Below, in pieces: positions 21,681-30,597 of a DNA stretch of 64,000 nt (position 1 is its first letter; the number at the start of each line of letters is the position of its first letter). The notes under the pieces were generated by a model. The model ran no database searches, was not told the DNA's origin, and saw nothing but the letters and a program-made list of their open reading frames with translations. The DNA is from Candidatus Binatia bacterium (GTDB lineage: Bacteria > Desulfobacterota > Binatia > UBA9968 > JAJDTQ01): the NCBI GenBank assembly GCA_963666515.2, contig OY762897.2, positions 96,001-160,000 on the forward strand. The letters run 5' to 3'. The translations under genes and the position numbers were made by a program.

Positions 21681-21719
21681 TATCCGTCACTTGACGGATA
21701 TACGCTAGTCAACTGACTA
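21681..21719. promoter_or_regulatory. Two palindromic operator candidates for Xre-RES autoregulation
   Basis: TATCCGTCA-CT-TGACGGATA (21681-21700) and TAGTCA-AC-TGACTA (21706-21719), sharing the core GTCA-N2-TGAC, just upstream of the antitoxin start. Confidence 0.6.
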
Positions 21720-21738
21720 TAGCAACCATGAAGGCGCA

Positions 21739-22896
21739 TCAACCCCTATCTCTGAGCGAGAAAAGTCGTCTGGCCGTCTCGGCCTCGGGTATGGATAGCT
21801 TACCCTCCCACGCCAACTCGGCAAGCAACCTGCCGGTGAGGGGAGCGAACTTGAAGCCGTGGCCTGAGAAACCGGCGCCGATGGCGATGCGTGGATTCTC
21901 GGGGTGCAGGTCGATGATGAAGTCCTCGTTGGGTGAAACGGTGTACAGGCAGTGCTCGGCGCCCGCGAGAGTCCAGCCCTTGGTGCTGAAGAACATGGCC
22001 ATGAAACGGTTCAGTTCGCCGACCCTTTCCTGAGCGACGGAATCCGGCGGGTCGTCGGGGTCGTCATTCCTCCCGTACCTTACGTGGCGCGCTACTTTCA
22101 CGCCGGTGCGGCCGAACTCCGGCATGCCGTAGAACACATCGTTCTCTTCCTCTCCCATGTACATGCACACCGGGAAGCGGCCGGGCCGGTAGTCGTCGAT
22201 GTTGTCCCGGGGCACGAAGTAGCCTACCGTCTGACGGGCGACTTGGAGCGTGGGCTTCAGGAACGGCAGCAACTGTCCCGCCCATGCGCCCGCTGCCACG
22301 ATCAGGCACTCGGCTTTGAGGACCCCGGCGCTGGTCTCGACGGTCACGGGCTCGGCGCCGGGGTCGAGCCCGTGAACGACGGTGTTCTCGAATATGCGCA
22401 CGCCGTTCGCGCGGGCCAGCCGGGTGAGTGAGGCCATGGTCTCTTCGGCGGCGACGATGCCCGCGGTCCGATCGAGGAGCACCCGTTCGACGTTGTCCAG
22501 GGTGAACTGGGGGTACAGCCTGCGCGCTTCGTCCGGCGTGACGACCTCCACGTCCGCGCCTTCCTGCTCCACCGCGCGGATGTAGCTGTTGAAACCCTCG
22601 CAGGGAGCCCCGGCGAAAAGCCCGGGATTCGGGTGGACGAGTCGGGCGCCGGCGTCCTTCTCCAGCCGGGGCCATTCCTCCGCGTGCACCCACTGCATGA
22701 GGCGCACGTACTCCGGCGCGGTGTAGGCGCTGCGCGTGATACGCGCCGCGCCGTGCGAGCTGCCCCGCTCGTGCCCGATGGAAAACCGCTCCACCAGCCC
22801 GAGTCGCCCCACGCCGAGCCGCGCAAGGTGATACAGCGCCGAGAGCCCGTTGACTCCGCCGCCGATCACCAAGGCGTCAAAGGCGCCACTTTGCAT
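21739..22896 (-). CDS. FAD-dependent oxidoreductase, monomeric sarcosine oxidase/N-methyltryptophan oxidase (SolA) family
   Basis: GGGVNG, GSSHG.ARITRSAY, CLYT..P.EDFIID, GFSGHGFKF. Confidence 0.88.
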   Translation of the reverse strand: MQSGAFDALVIGGGVNGLSALYHLARLGVGRLGLVERFSIGHERGSSHGAARITRSAYTAPEYVRLMQWVHAEEWPRLEKDAGARLVHPNPGLFAGAPCEGFNSYIRAVEQEGADVEVVTPDEARRLYPQFTLDNVERVLLDRTAGIVAAEETMASLTRLARANGVRIFENTVVHGLDPGAEPVTVETSAGVLKAECLIVAAGAWAGQLLPFLKPTLQVARQTVGYFVPRDNIDDYRPGRFPVCMYMGEEENDVFYGMPEFGRTGVKVARHVRYGRNDDPDDPPDSVAQERVGELNRFMAMFFSTKGWTLAGAEHCLYTVSPNEDFIIDLHPENPRIAIGAGFSGHGFKFAPLTGRLLAELAWEGKLSIPEAETARRLFSLRDRG

Positions 22897-22972
22897 GTGA
22901 ACTTGGTCTCCCCAAATGGGTTGCAGTGGACCTAATGAATTGACGCGCGGCTCGACAGACAGCAGAGTGGTG

Positions 22973-23197
22973 TCAGAGAGCGGCGCCCGCTTGGGCGCGA
23001 CGAACCAGATTCAGGACGGTTTCCACGCCTGCCGAACTGGAACGGGCCACGTCGAAAGGCGTCCTGCCCTCCAGCAAGGGGTGCGATCGGCTGAGGAACA
23101 ATCGGACGGCATTCCTATCCCCGTGATATGCCCGGCGGACCTCCTTGACGACGCTTGCCAACTCGTGAATTCTCGCCGGACCGTATTCAGAACTCAT
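22973..23197 (-). CDS. Stand-alone MbcA/ParS/Xre antitoxin C-terminal (toxin-binding) domain
   Basis: 74 aa aligning with the C-terminal half of the 21202-21669 antitoxin (RAYHGDRNA..FL.R.HPLLEG.TPFD.ARSSSAG.E.VLNL.RRA.AG); GGGGGAG RBS. Confidence 0.75.
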   Translation of the reverse strand: MSSEYGPARIHELASVVKEVRRAYHGDRNAVRLFLSRSHPLLEGRTPFDVARSSSAGVETVLNLVRRAQAGAAL

Positions 23198-23357
23198 CGG
23201 TTGCTCCCCCTGAATCACTGGTTGCAAGAACTATACGGCCCTCGGTAGGATGGCTTCAAGCGTAGCTTCCCGCCTTGCTTGATTCTGCGCGATTGGCTCG
23301 GAGCGTTTTTCTCGCTCAGAGAGCTGAGGCTCGCAGAGCGAATGGAGGAGTACCACC

Positions 23358-23663
23358 ATGGTCGATGACACAAAGGCAGGCGCCGGTTCCACGTTTGAAA
23401 GTCTGTTGCGGGAAGACGGCCTCCACGACGAGGTGAAGAACGATGCGGTCAAGGCCGTTCTAGCCTACAAGTTGACAGAAGCGATGAAGGCACAGAATCT
23501 CTCCAAGGCGCGCATGGCCGAGCGCATGGAAACCAGTCGATCACAACTGGACCGGCTGCTGGATCCACAGAATGAAGGAGTGACCCTCCATACGTTGAAG
23601 CGAGCCGCTGCCGCCTTGGGCCTGCGTCTCCATCTTGGGCTCCAGCAAGCCGAGAGCCAGTAG
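23358..23663 (+). CDS. XRE-family HTH protein, antitoxin type usually paired with a RelE/Gp49-like toxin
   Basis: GSTFESLLREDG..AVKAVLAY.L.EAM..MAERMETSRSQLDRLLDP...VTL.TL.RAA.ALG. Confidence 0.82.
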   Translation: MVDDTKAGAGSTFESLLREDGLHDEVKNDAVKAVLAYKLTEAMKAQNLSKARMAERMETSRSQLDRLLDPQNEGVTLHTLKRAAAALGLRLHLGLQQAESQ

Positions 23664-23692
23664 CCGGCCCCACTCCCTGAAGGCGGCGGCGT

Positions 23693-24973
23693 CTACCCGA
23701 ATCGCGGCGGCGTCAGCGTTTCCGTGCGAGCCTCAGGCGCGAGCAGGAGTTCCTTGAGGTTCGCTTTGGCGGCCGGGTCCACCTCGTAAGGTCCGGGCAG
23801 GCCCAGTTCCTTGGCGATCTCGCGCATGGCGGGCAGGACCTCTTCGCCCATGAGCTTGAGGGTGCGCATCTGGGACTCGTGGTCCATGGCGCCGTCGCCG
23901 GTGCGGAAGATGATGATGCCGGGGCGTAGGTACTCCATGATGTAGCGGATGCCCTCGACGCACTCGTCGGGGGTTCCGACGATCATGCCCCGGGTGGCCA
24001 CCTGGTCCTCGAAGGAGGCGAGGGCGCCGGCCCGGGTCTTCCCCGTGGCGTCGGGCGCCGTCATCTGCCGGCGCAGGGCCACGGCCCTCCGGCTGTTCAG
24101 GCCCGGAGGGCTCATGATCCACGGTATGGGCCGCTGGACGCCGGGGTCGAATGGGCTGCGCACTCCCTGGGTCAGGGTGCGCCCTACTTCCATGGCCTTC
24201 GCCTTGGTCTCCTCCACGTGCACGAAGAACATGTAGCCCAGGTGCTGAGGGCCGGCTTGGTAGCCTTCCTCCTCCGCGGTCTCGTAGTAGACCTTGAACA
24301 TCTCGCGGGTGAGCTCTAGCTGCGTGGAGAGCATGACGTAGGGGTAGCGGTGCCGGGCGCACCACTCGACGGTCTCCCTGCTGGAGGTGCCGGGCACCCA
24401 GATGGGCGGGTGCGGCTTCTGGTAGGGCACCGCCCAGGGATTCACGTAGCGGTAGTGGAAGTGCTTGCCCTCCCAGCGGAAGGGGCCGGGGGTGGTCCAG
24501 GTCTTGATGAGAAAGTCGTGGGCTTCCTCGAAGCGCTCGCGGTTGTAGTGGGGCGGGATGTTGTGGCTGATGCTCTCGCCGCCCGAACCGCGCACGATGC
24601 CCGGGATCAGCCGGCCTCGGGAAATGACGTCGATCATGGCGAGCTGCTCGGCGAGCCACAGCGGATCGTCGTGGATGGGCAGAATGTTGCCCAGCAGCAG
24701 AATCTTTACCTTGGTGGTGATGCGGGCGAGGATCGACGCCTGGACGTTGGCGACGCCGTTCATGCAGAAGGGCGCGCTGTGGTGTTCGTTGACCATCAGG
24801 CCGTCGAACCCCACCTCTTCGGCGTAGAGCTTCTCGTCGAGGTAGCGGTTGTACAGGTTGGCGGCGCGCCGGGGGTCGTACTCGGCGTTGCTGACCTTGT
24901 GGATGCCGGTGCCCCACTCGTCGGGCCAGTCGGGCACCTGCCAGGGCTCTTCGGTGAAGTGGCCGATGAACAT
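23693..24973 (-). CDS. LLM-class flavin-dependent oxidoreductase (luciferase-like), copy 2
   Basis: GFDG.MVNEHH, LAEQLAMIDVISRGRL, WEGKHF, PYQKPHPPIW. Confidence 0.92.
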   Translation of the reverse strand: MFIGHFTEEPWQVPDWPDEWGTGIHKVSNAEYDPRRAANLYNRYLDEKLYAEEVGFDGLMVNEHHSAPFCMNGVANVQASILARITTKVKILLLGNILPIHDDPLWLAEQLAMIDVISRGRLIPGIVRGSGGESISHNIPPHYNRERFEEAHDFLIKTWTTPGPFRWEGKHFHYRYVNPWAVPYQKPHPPIWVPGTSSRETVEWCARHRYPYVMLSTQLELTREMFKVYYETAEEEGYQAGPQHLGYMFFVHVEETKAKAMEVGRTLTQGVRSPFDPGVQRPIPWIMSPPGLNSRRAVALRRQMTAPDATGKTRAGALASFEDQVATRGMIVGTPDECVEGIRYIMEYLRPGIIIFRTGDGAMDHESQMRTLKLMGEEVLPAMREIAKELGLPGPYEVDPAAKANLKELLLAPEARTETLTPPRFG

Positions 24974-25014
24974 CGTTACCTCCCGGCGTGTAACGTGGCG
25001 CAGGCCAACGGCCG

Positions 25015-26250
25015 CTAGGAGGCCATGGCGGCCACCGGCTCGTTGGTCATGGGATCGATATCGTACGGGCCGGGGAGGCCCAGTTCGTCGGCGATCTCCC
25101 GCAGCTTGGGCATGACCTCCTCGCCCATGAGCTTCAACGTGCGCATCTGCGACTCGTGGTCCATGGCGCCGTCGCCGGTGCGGAAGATGATGGTTCCCGG
25201 CCGCAACTCTTCGAGGATGTAGCGCACCTTGGGGATGACGCTGTCAGGGGTGCCGACGACCATGCCGTGGGTCGCCACCTGGTCTTCGAAGGTCGCCCTG
25301 GCGCCCGCGCGGGTGCGGCCGGAAGAGTCCGCGGCCGTCATCTTGCGCCGGAGCGCCCGGGCGCTCTTGGTGGCGATGCCCGGAGGGCCGGCGATCCACG
25401 GCTTCGGCCGCTGCGCGCCGGGATCGTAGGGACTGCGCACGCCCTGGGTCAGGGTGCGCCCCACCTCGATGGCCCGCTCCTCGGTCTCCTCCACGTGGAA
25501 GAAGAACATGAAGCCCAGGTGTTGCGGCCCGGCTTCGTAGCCCTCTTCCCGGGCGGTGTCATAGTAGACCTGGTACATCTGCTGAGTCAGGTCGATCTGG
25601 CTGGCCAGCATGATGTAGGGGTAGCGGTGCCGGGCGCACCATTCCACCGTCTCCCTGCTGGAGGTGCCGGGCACCCAGATTGGCGGGTGCGGTTTCTGAT
25701 AGGGCACCGCCCAGGGGTTCACGTACCGGTAGTGGAAGTGCTTGCCTTCCCAGCGGAACGGGCCGGGGGTGGTCCAGGTCTTGATGAGGAAGTCGTGGGC
25801 TTCCTCGAAGCGCTCGCGATTGTAGTGGGGCGGGATGTTGTGCGTCAGGCTCTCGCTGCCGCCGCCCCGGACCACGCCGGGTATCAGGCGGCCGCGGGAG
25901 ATCACATCGATCATCGCCAGCGACTCCGCCAGCCAAAGGGGATCATCGTGGATGGGCAGGATATTGCCGAGAAGCAGGATCTTGGCCTTGTTGGTGACCC
26001 GGGCCAGGATGGACGCCTTCACGTTGGCCACGCCGTTCATGCAGAACGGCGCGCTGTGGTGCTCGTTCACCATGATCCCGTCGAAGCCCATCTCCTCGGC
26101 GTACTGCTTCTCGTCGATGTAGCGATGGTAGAGGTTGGCGGCGCGGACCGGGTCGTACTCGCTGTTGCTGACCGCCATGACCCCCGACCCCCATTCCACG
26201 GGCCAGTCCTCTTTCTGCCAGGGTTCTTCCGTAAAGTGGCCTATGAACAT
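25015..26250 (-). CDS. LLM-class flavin-dependent oxidoreductase (luciferase-like), copy 1
   Basis: Same motifs; close tandem paralog of 23693-24973. Confidence 0.92.
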   Translation of the reverse strand: MFIGHFTEEPWQKEDWPVEWGSGVMAVSNSEYDPVRAANLYHRYIDEKQYAEEMGFDGIMVNEHHSAPFCMNGVANVKASILARVTNKAKILLLGNILPIHDDPLWLAESLAMIDVISRGRLIPGVVRGGGSESLTHNIPPHYNRERFEEAHDFLIKTWTTPGPFRWEGKHFHYRYVNPWAVPYQKPHPPIWVPGTSSRETVEWCARHRYPYIMLASQIDLTQQMYQVYYDTAREEGYEAGPQHLGFMFFFHVEETEERAIEVGRTLTQGVRSPYDPGAQRPKPWIAGPPGIATKSARALRRKMTAADSSGRTRAGARATFEDQVATHGMVVGTPDSVIPKVRYILEELRPGTIIFRTGDGAMDHESQMRTLKLMGEEVMPKLREIADELGLPGPYDIDPMTNEPVAAMAS

Positions 26251-26275
26251 GGTGCTTCACTCCCTGTTTCCGTCA

Positions 26276-27070
26276 TCAGTCGCGCAGGAACCCGATGACG
26301 GCGTTGGCGAACTCCTCCGGTTTCTCCATCTCCGGCATGTGCCCGCAATCCTCGATGACCGCGACCTGGGCGTTGGGAATCCCCTGCTGGTAAAGCTCGC
26401 AACTGCTTATGGGGACGATGCCGTCCTGCCGCCCCCACACCAGCAGGGTCGGGGTGGCGATGGCAGGGAGAAGGTCGGGCAGCGTGACGCTGTGCATGTA
26501 CGGACGCCAGAGATAGCGGATGGCCGCCTCCCGGTTGGTCTCGACCTGCTCCGCCTCGTCCGGGGTCCAGTCCCTGCCGTAGTACTTCAGGTACTGGGCC
26601 GACTCGTGGTCGTGAAACGATGTTTGGAACGCGTCCTTGGCGGAATTCAGGAAGTAGTCCCAGATTTCCCCCTCCCGGGGCTTGACGCCGGCCGCCCCGA
26701 CCAGAACCATTTTCGAGAATATGGCGCTGTTGACCGCGGCCATCTCGGCGGCAATCCAGCCTCCCATGGAGAAGCCGACGACGTTGAGCGGGGTCGACAG
26801 GCCGCACTCCCGGACGAACCAGTTGACCCATGCAGACAGGTCCCTGACCGACATCAGCCAATCCGGAAACGATGAAGATCCGAAGCCGGGCAGGGAGGGA
26901 ACACACACTGAGTAGTGTTGGGCCAGAAGCTCATGCGTCTCGATCCAGTCGGGCACGCCCAGTTCGCCATGGAGGATAAGCAACGGCTCTCCGGAGCCTC
27001 CGTGTCGCAGTTGTACGGATATGCCGGCTATGTCGAGGTTCTCTTCGGTGAAGTTGGGCGTTGTTGTCAC
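26276..27070 (-). CDS. Alpha/beta hydrolase
   Basis: LILHG, GFSMGG, WGRQD, CGHMP; GTG start after GGAGG. Confidence 0.88.
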   Translation of the reverse strand: MTTTPNFTEENLDIAGISVQLRHGGSGEPLLILHGELGVPDWIETHELLAQHYSVCVPSLPGFGSSSFPDWLMSVRDLSAWVNWFVRECGLSTPLNVVGFSMGGWIAAEMAAVNSAIFSKMVLVGAAGVKPREGEIWDYFLNSAKDAFQTSFHDHESAQYLKYYGRDWTPDEAEQVETNREAAIRYLWRPYMHSVTLPDLLPAIATPTLLVWGRQDGIVPISSCELYQQGIPNAQVAVIEDCGHMPEMEKPEEFANAVIGFLRD

Positions 27071-27231
27071 TCGGTCCTCCGCTTGACTGTTTGGGTGCCG
27101 CAAGGCTGGGGGAATCATAGACAAGAGCCGCCGGTTTCGTCAATGTGGCCCTGGGAAGTCGGTCCGCCAGCCTGTCGGGCAATGTCAAGATGGCGTGTTG
27201 ACACCCACTCCGTGATCGCTACGGTTGTAGG

Positions 27232-27606
27232 ATGAGCAAAGACCAGGATTTTCAGGCTCTGTGTGGGGAACTCATAGCGCGTTCCCATGCGCGCTCCTAC
27301 GTTCTTGCCGAGTTGCACGACTTCCTGGCAAGTCTGAACGGTGGTGAATTCGAGGAGGCTCTACGGCACGCACCGGAGGTCCGCCTCCCTCCGTTCGAAG
27401 CGAACTATGTTGCCGCCATGATCGAGTACGCCGCCGGGCTCCAGGGGACCGTCCTGCCACCGTGGACAAAGGATATCCCGCCCTTGGAAAAGCCGTGGTT
27501 CGCGTCGTCGTTGAAGAGCCTGCGGTTATATTTGCTGACGAACTCGCTGGCCCCGTTCCGGCGCCGGAACCTTTTCGTCGACAGTAGCGTAGGAAAGCGG
27601 GTGTGA
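27232..27606 (+). CDS. Hypothetical protein, antitoxin-like; probably leaderless
   Basis: NYVAAMIEYAA...P.W...PL..PWF.S.L.SLRL.LL..S..PFRRRNLFVD resembles partners of nucleotidyltransferase-type TA toxins (recognition only); TTGACA-N16-TACGGT lies just before the ATG. Confidence 0.55.
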   Translation: MSKDQDFQALCGELIARSHARSYVLAELHDFLASLNGGEFEEALRHAPEVRLPPFEANYVAAMIEYAAGLQGTVLPPWTKDIPPLEKPWFASSLKSLRLYLLTNSLAPFRRRNLFVDSSVGKRV

Positions 27607-27665
27607 TGGAACACCCGGGACGCTCATCCAAGGCCGATGGCGCGTGGCACGACGAAAGCACCCCT

Positions 27666-29180
27666 TCATGCCGACCCTTTGCCCTGCAGAAAGCAGCTTA
27701 GTACCAGCCCCGCCGCCGCGGCGGCGAGACCCACCAGGAAGGCCCACCACAGCGCGTTGACGAGGGCGCCGATGAGGGAGGGCATGAGGTCGGCGGGGAT
27801 CAGGGCGCGGGTGGCGGGGTCGAGGAGGTTTTGCGGGTTGAGGAGCTTTTGGAGCACCGGCTCCGGCAGCGTCGCCTTCAGGTCCGCGGCGATGACCGTG
27901 AAGGTGGCGTTCATGCGCTGCAGCAGGATGCTGCCCATGATGCTCAGGATGAGGGCGCCTCCGATGGTGCGGAACAGCATGACCGTGGAGGTGGCGACTC
28001 CGAGGTGCTGGAAGGGCACGGCGCTTTGGGCGGCCACCAGCGCCGTGACGTTGGTCATGCCCATGCCGGTACCGGCGGCGAACGTCGCGATGAGCATCAC
28101 GGTCATGCCGCCGGCTTCTTCCAGCATCATGAACGGAATGTAGCCCGAGACCATCAGGGCCATGCCTGTGGCGCAGACGTTGCGGTAGCCCCAGACAGGA
28201 GCGACCCGGCCGGCCGTGAGGCTTCCGACGGTCCACCCTACGCTCAACGGCAGCAGGGTCAGGCCGGCCTGTGTGGCGCTGCCGCCCAGGGCGCCCTGGA
28301 CGTACAGCGGCAGGAAGCCGATGACGCCGAATATGCCCATGGCCGCCAGCAGGCTGAGGTAGGTGGGCCGGCTGTAGCTGGGCATGTGGAACAATGCCAT
28401 GGGCAGCAGCGGGTCCCGAGCTTTGCCTTCGATGACGATGAAGAGCGTAAACAGCACCACGACGCCTACCACTACCGAGACGGACTCTGCGGTGACCAGG
28501 TCGAGTTGGTTGGCAGCCACCAGGAGGCCGTAGAACAGCAGCATCAGCGCGGACAGGAGGATTGCGGCGCCCGCCAGATCCAGCGACCGGCGTGCCCCTT
28601 CGGCGCGCTGCTCCCGGAATCCCGCCATGATGAGCCCGGCCGCCGCGATTCCCAGGGGCAGGTTGATCCAGAAAATCCAGCGCCAGTCCCAGTACTCGGC
28701 GATGAACCCGCCGCCGGCCGGGCCGAGCACGGAGGCAACACCCCACACGCTGGCGATGAGGCCCTGCATCCGCGCGCGTTGCTCGACCGGAAAGACCACC
28801 CCTACGATGATGAACGCGAGCGCGTACACGGCGCCGCCGCCCATGCCCTGCACGGCGCGGAAGACGATGAGTTGCGTCATGCTCTGGGCGGCGCCGCAAG
28901 CCACCGAGCCCAGCACGAAGGTTCCGATGGCGAGGAGTATCAGGGTGCGCCGGCTGTAGAGGTCCGAGAGCTTGCCGAAGATCGGCGTGGCCAGCGCCGA
29001 GGTGAGCATGTAGACGGAGAAGACCCAACTGTATAGGTCGATGTCGCCGAGTTGGGAGACCACCGTGGGCATGGCGCTGCTCACGATGGTGGCGTCGATG
29101 GCGAAGAGGAAGACCGCCACCATCACCCCGGCGACGGCGACCCCGGCGGATGCGGGGATGGTGGTCTGTGCGTTACTCAC
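27666..29180 (-). CDS. MFS transporter, DHA2 (14-TM drug:H+ antiporter) family
   Basis: D.TIV..AMPT, PIFGKLSDLYSRR, FRAVQGMGGG, WRWIFWINLP. Confidence 0.92.
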   Translation of the reverse strand: MSNAQTTIPASAGVAVAGVMVAVFLFAIDATIVSSAMPTVVSQLGDIDLYSWVFSVYMLTSALATPIFGKLSDLYSRRTLILLAIGTFVLGSVACGAAQSMTQLIVFRAVQGMGGGAVYALAFIIVGVVFPVEQRARMQGLIASVWGVASVLGPAGGGFIAEYWDWRWIFWINLPLGIAAAGLIMAGFREQRAEGARRSLDLAGAAILLSALMLLFYGLLVAANQLDLVTAESVSVVVGVVVLFTLFIVIEGKARDPLLPMALFHMPSYSRPTYLSLLAAMGIFGVIGFLPLYVQGALGGSATQAGLTLLPLSVGWTVGSLTAGRVAPVWGYRNVCATGMALMVSGYIPFMMLEEAGGMTVMLIATFAAGTGMGMTNVTALVAAQSAVPFQHLGVATSTVMLFRTIGGALILSIMGSILLQRMNATFTVIAADLKATLPEPVLQKLLNPQNLLDPATRALIPADLMPSLIGALVNALWWAFLVGLAAAAAGLVLSCFLQGKGSA

Positions 29181-29634
29181 CGCGGGCGTAGGCCAGGATG
29201 GCGTCGAAGATGGGCGTGTACCCCGTGCAGCGGCAGAGGTTGCCGTCCAGCCCCTTCTTCACTTCGTCGAGCGTCGGCTGGGGATTCCGTTCCAGCAGGG
29301 CCTGGGCGGCCATGAGCATGCCCGGCCCGCAGTAGCCGCACTGGACGGCGCCGTATTTGAGGAACGACTGCTGGAGGCGGTCGAGCTCCATGCCGTTGCC
29401 GCAGCCCTCGACGGTGGTGATCTCCTTGCCGGTGCAGCGCGCCGCCAGCACCACGCAACTGTGGACGGCCATGCCGTCGACCCGCACGGTGCAGCAGCCG
29501 CAGTGGCTGGTCTCGCAGCCGCGCTTGGCTCCGGTCAGTGCCAGCCGCTCGCGCAGCACGTCCAGCAGAAGCGCCGTGTCCGGGGCTTCCACCTGAACGT
29601 TCTGGCCGTTCACCGTGAGATCAAGCAGCGCCAT
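29173..29634 (-). CDS. (2Fe-2S)-binding small subunit, xanthine dehydrogenase family (CoxS-like)
   Basis: GC.TSHCGCC.V, QCGYC.PG, GNLCRCTGY; start MALLDL at 29634. Confidence 0.92.
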   Translation of the reverse strand: MALLDLTVNGQNVQVEAPDTALLLDVLRERLALTGAKRGCETSHCGCCTVRVDGMAVHSCVVLAARCTGKEITTVEGCGNGMELDRLQQSFLKYGAVQCGYCGPGMLMAAQALLERNPQPTLDEVKKGLDGNLCRCTGYTPIFDAILAYARGE

Positions 29635-30505
29635 GGCTGTTCTCCTCGATCTGCTTCGCCGCCTGGAGCAGCGCCCGGCGGACGAACACCGACACCATTT
29701 TGCGCCGGTAGTCGGCGCCGGCGTGGGGGTCCGAAGGGGGATCCACTTCCGTGGCTGCCATCTCTCCGGCCGCCCGCGCCGTTTCCTCGTCCAATACCGC
29801 ACACTTCAGGGCGTCCTCGGTCCTGGTTGCCCGTAAGGGAACCGGCGCCGCCCCGCCGATGCCGATTCGCACCTCGGCCACGCCGCCGGCGCGCGTTCCT
29901 TCCGGCACAACCACGGCCGCGACACCCACCATCGCCAGGTCCTCGGGACTGATAGCGTGCTTGAGGTAGACGCCGACCGATCCGGCGGGCGGATGCTCGA
30001 TGTCGATGCGGCAGAGAATCTCGTCCGGCTCCAGCACCGTCTCGAAGTATCCCGTGAAGAAGTCGGCCAGTGGCACTTCACGGATGTCGGTGCACCGTCG
30101 CAACACGGCGTGCGCGTTCAGCGCCAGCAGCACCGGGGGCAGGTCGGTGCCGGGCTCGTTGTGACAGACGTTGCCGCCGATGGTGCCGAGGTTGCGCACC
30201 GCGGTGGAGCTGACCTGTCGCGCCGCGGCCGGCAGCACGCCGACTTCCGCGCCAAGGACCGGCGAAGCGATCAATTGACGGCAGGTATTCATGGCGCCGA
30301 TGGAGATGCCCGACGATTGCACCTCAATACCCCGAAGCGCCTTGAGCAGCTCGAGATCGATCAACGCCCGCGGCGCCACCAGCCGGTTCCGCATCATCAC
30401 CAGCAGCGACTGACCGCCGGCGATGGGCAGGGCGTCTTCGGTGTACTCCTCGCGTGCCGCCAGCGCCTCGTCTAGGTCGGCGGGCCGGATCAGCTTGCAT
30501 TCCAT
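29621..30505 (-). CDS. FAD-binding medium subunit, xanthine dehydrogenase family (CoxM-like)
   Basis: AGGQSL, VRNLGTIGGN, D..A.ADYRR. Confidence 0.92.
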   Translation of the reverse strand: MECKLIRPADLDEALAAREEYTEDALPIAGGQSLLVMMRNRLVAPRALIDLELLKALRGIEVQSSGISIGAMNTCRQLIASPVLGAEVGVLPAAARQVSSTAVRNLGTIGGNVCHNEPGTDLPPVLLALNAHAVLRRCTDIREVPLADFFTGYFETVLEPDEILCRIDIEHPPAGSVGVYLKHAISPEDLAMVGVAAVVVPEGTRAGGVAEVRIGIGGAAPVPLRATRTEDALKCAVLDEETARAAGEMAATEVDPPSDPHAGADYRRKMVSVFVRRALLQAAKQIEENSHGAA

Positions 30506-30567
30506 GGTTTATCTCTCGACCTCCGCACAACCCTCACTGGTGTGAACACGGCAGCAGCATCCCGAAT

Positions 30568-30597
30568 CCGTCATTCCGGCGAAAGCCGGAATCCAGG
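30568..30597. repeat. CGTC-type REP-like palindromic element, copy 1 (supplies the stop codon of the Mo-subunit gene)
   Basis: CCGTCATTCCGGCGAAAGCCGGAATCCAGG, identical to 44563-44592. Confidence 0.75.
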
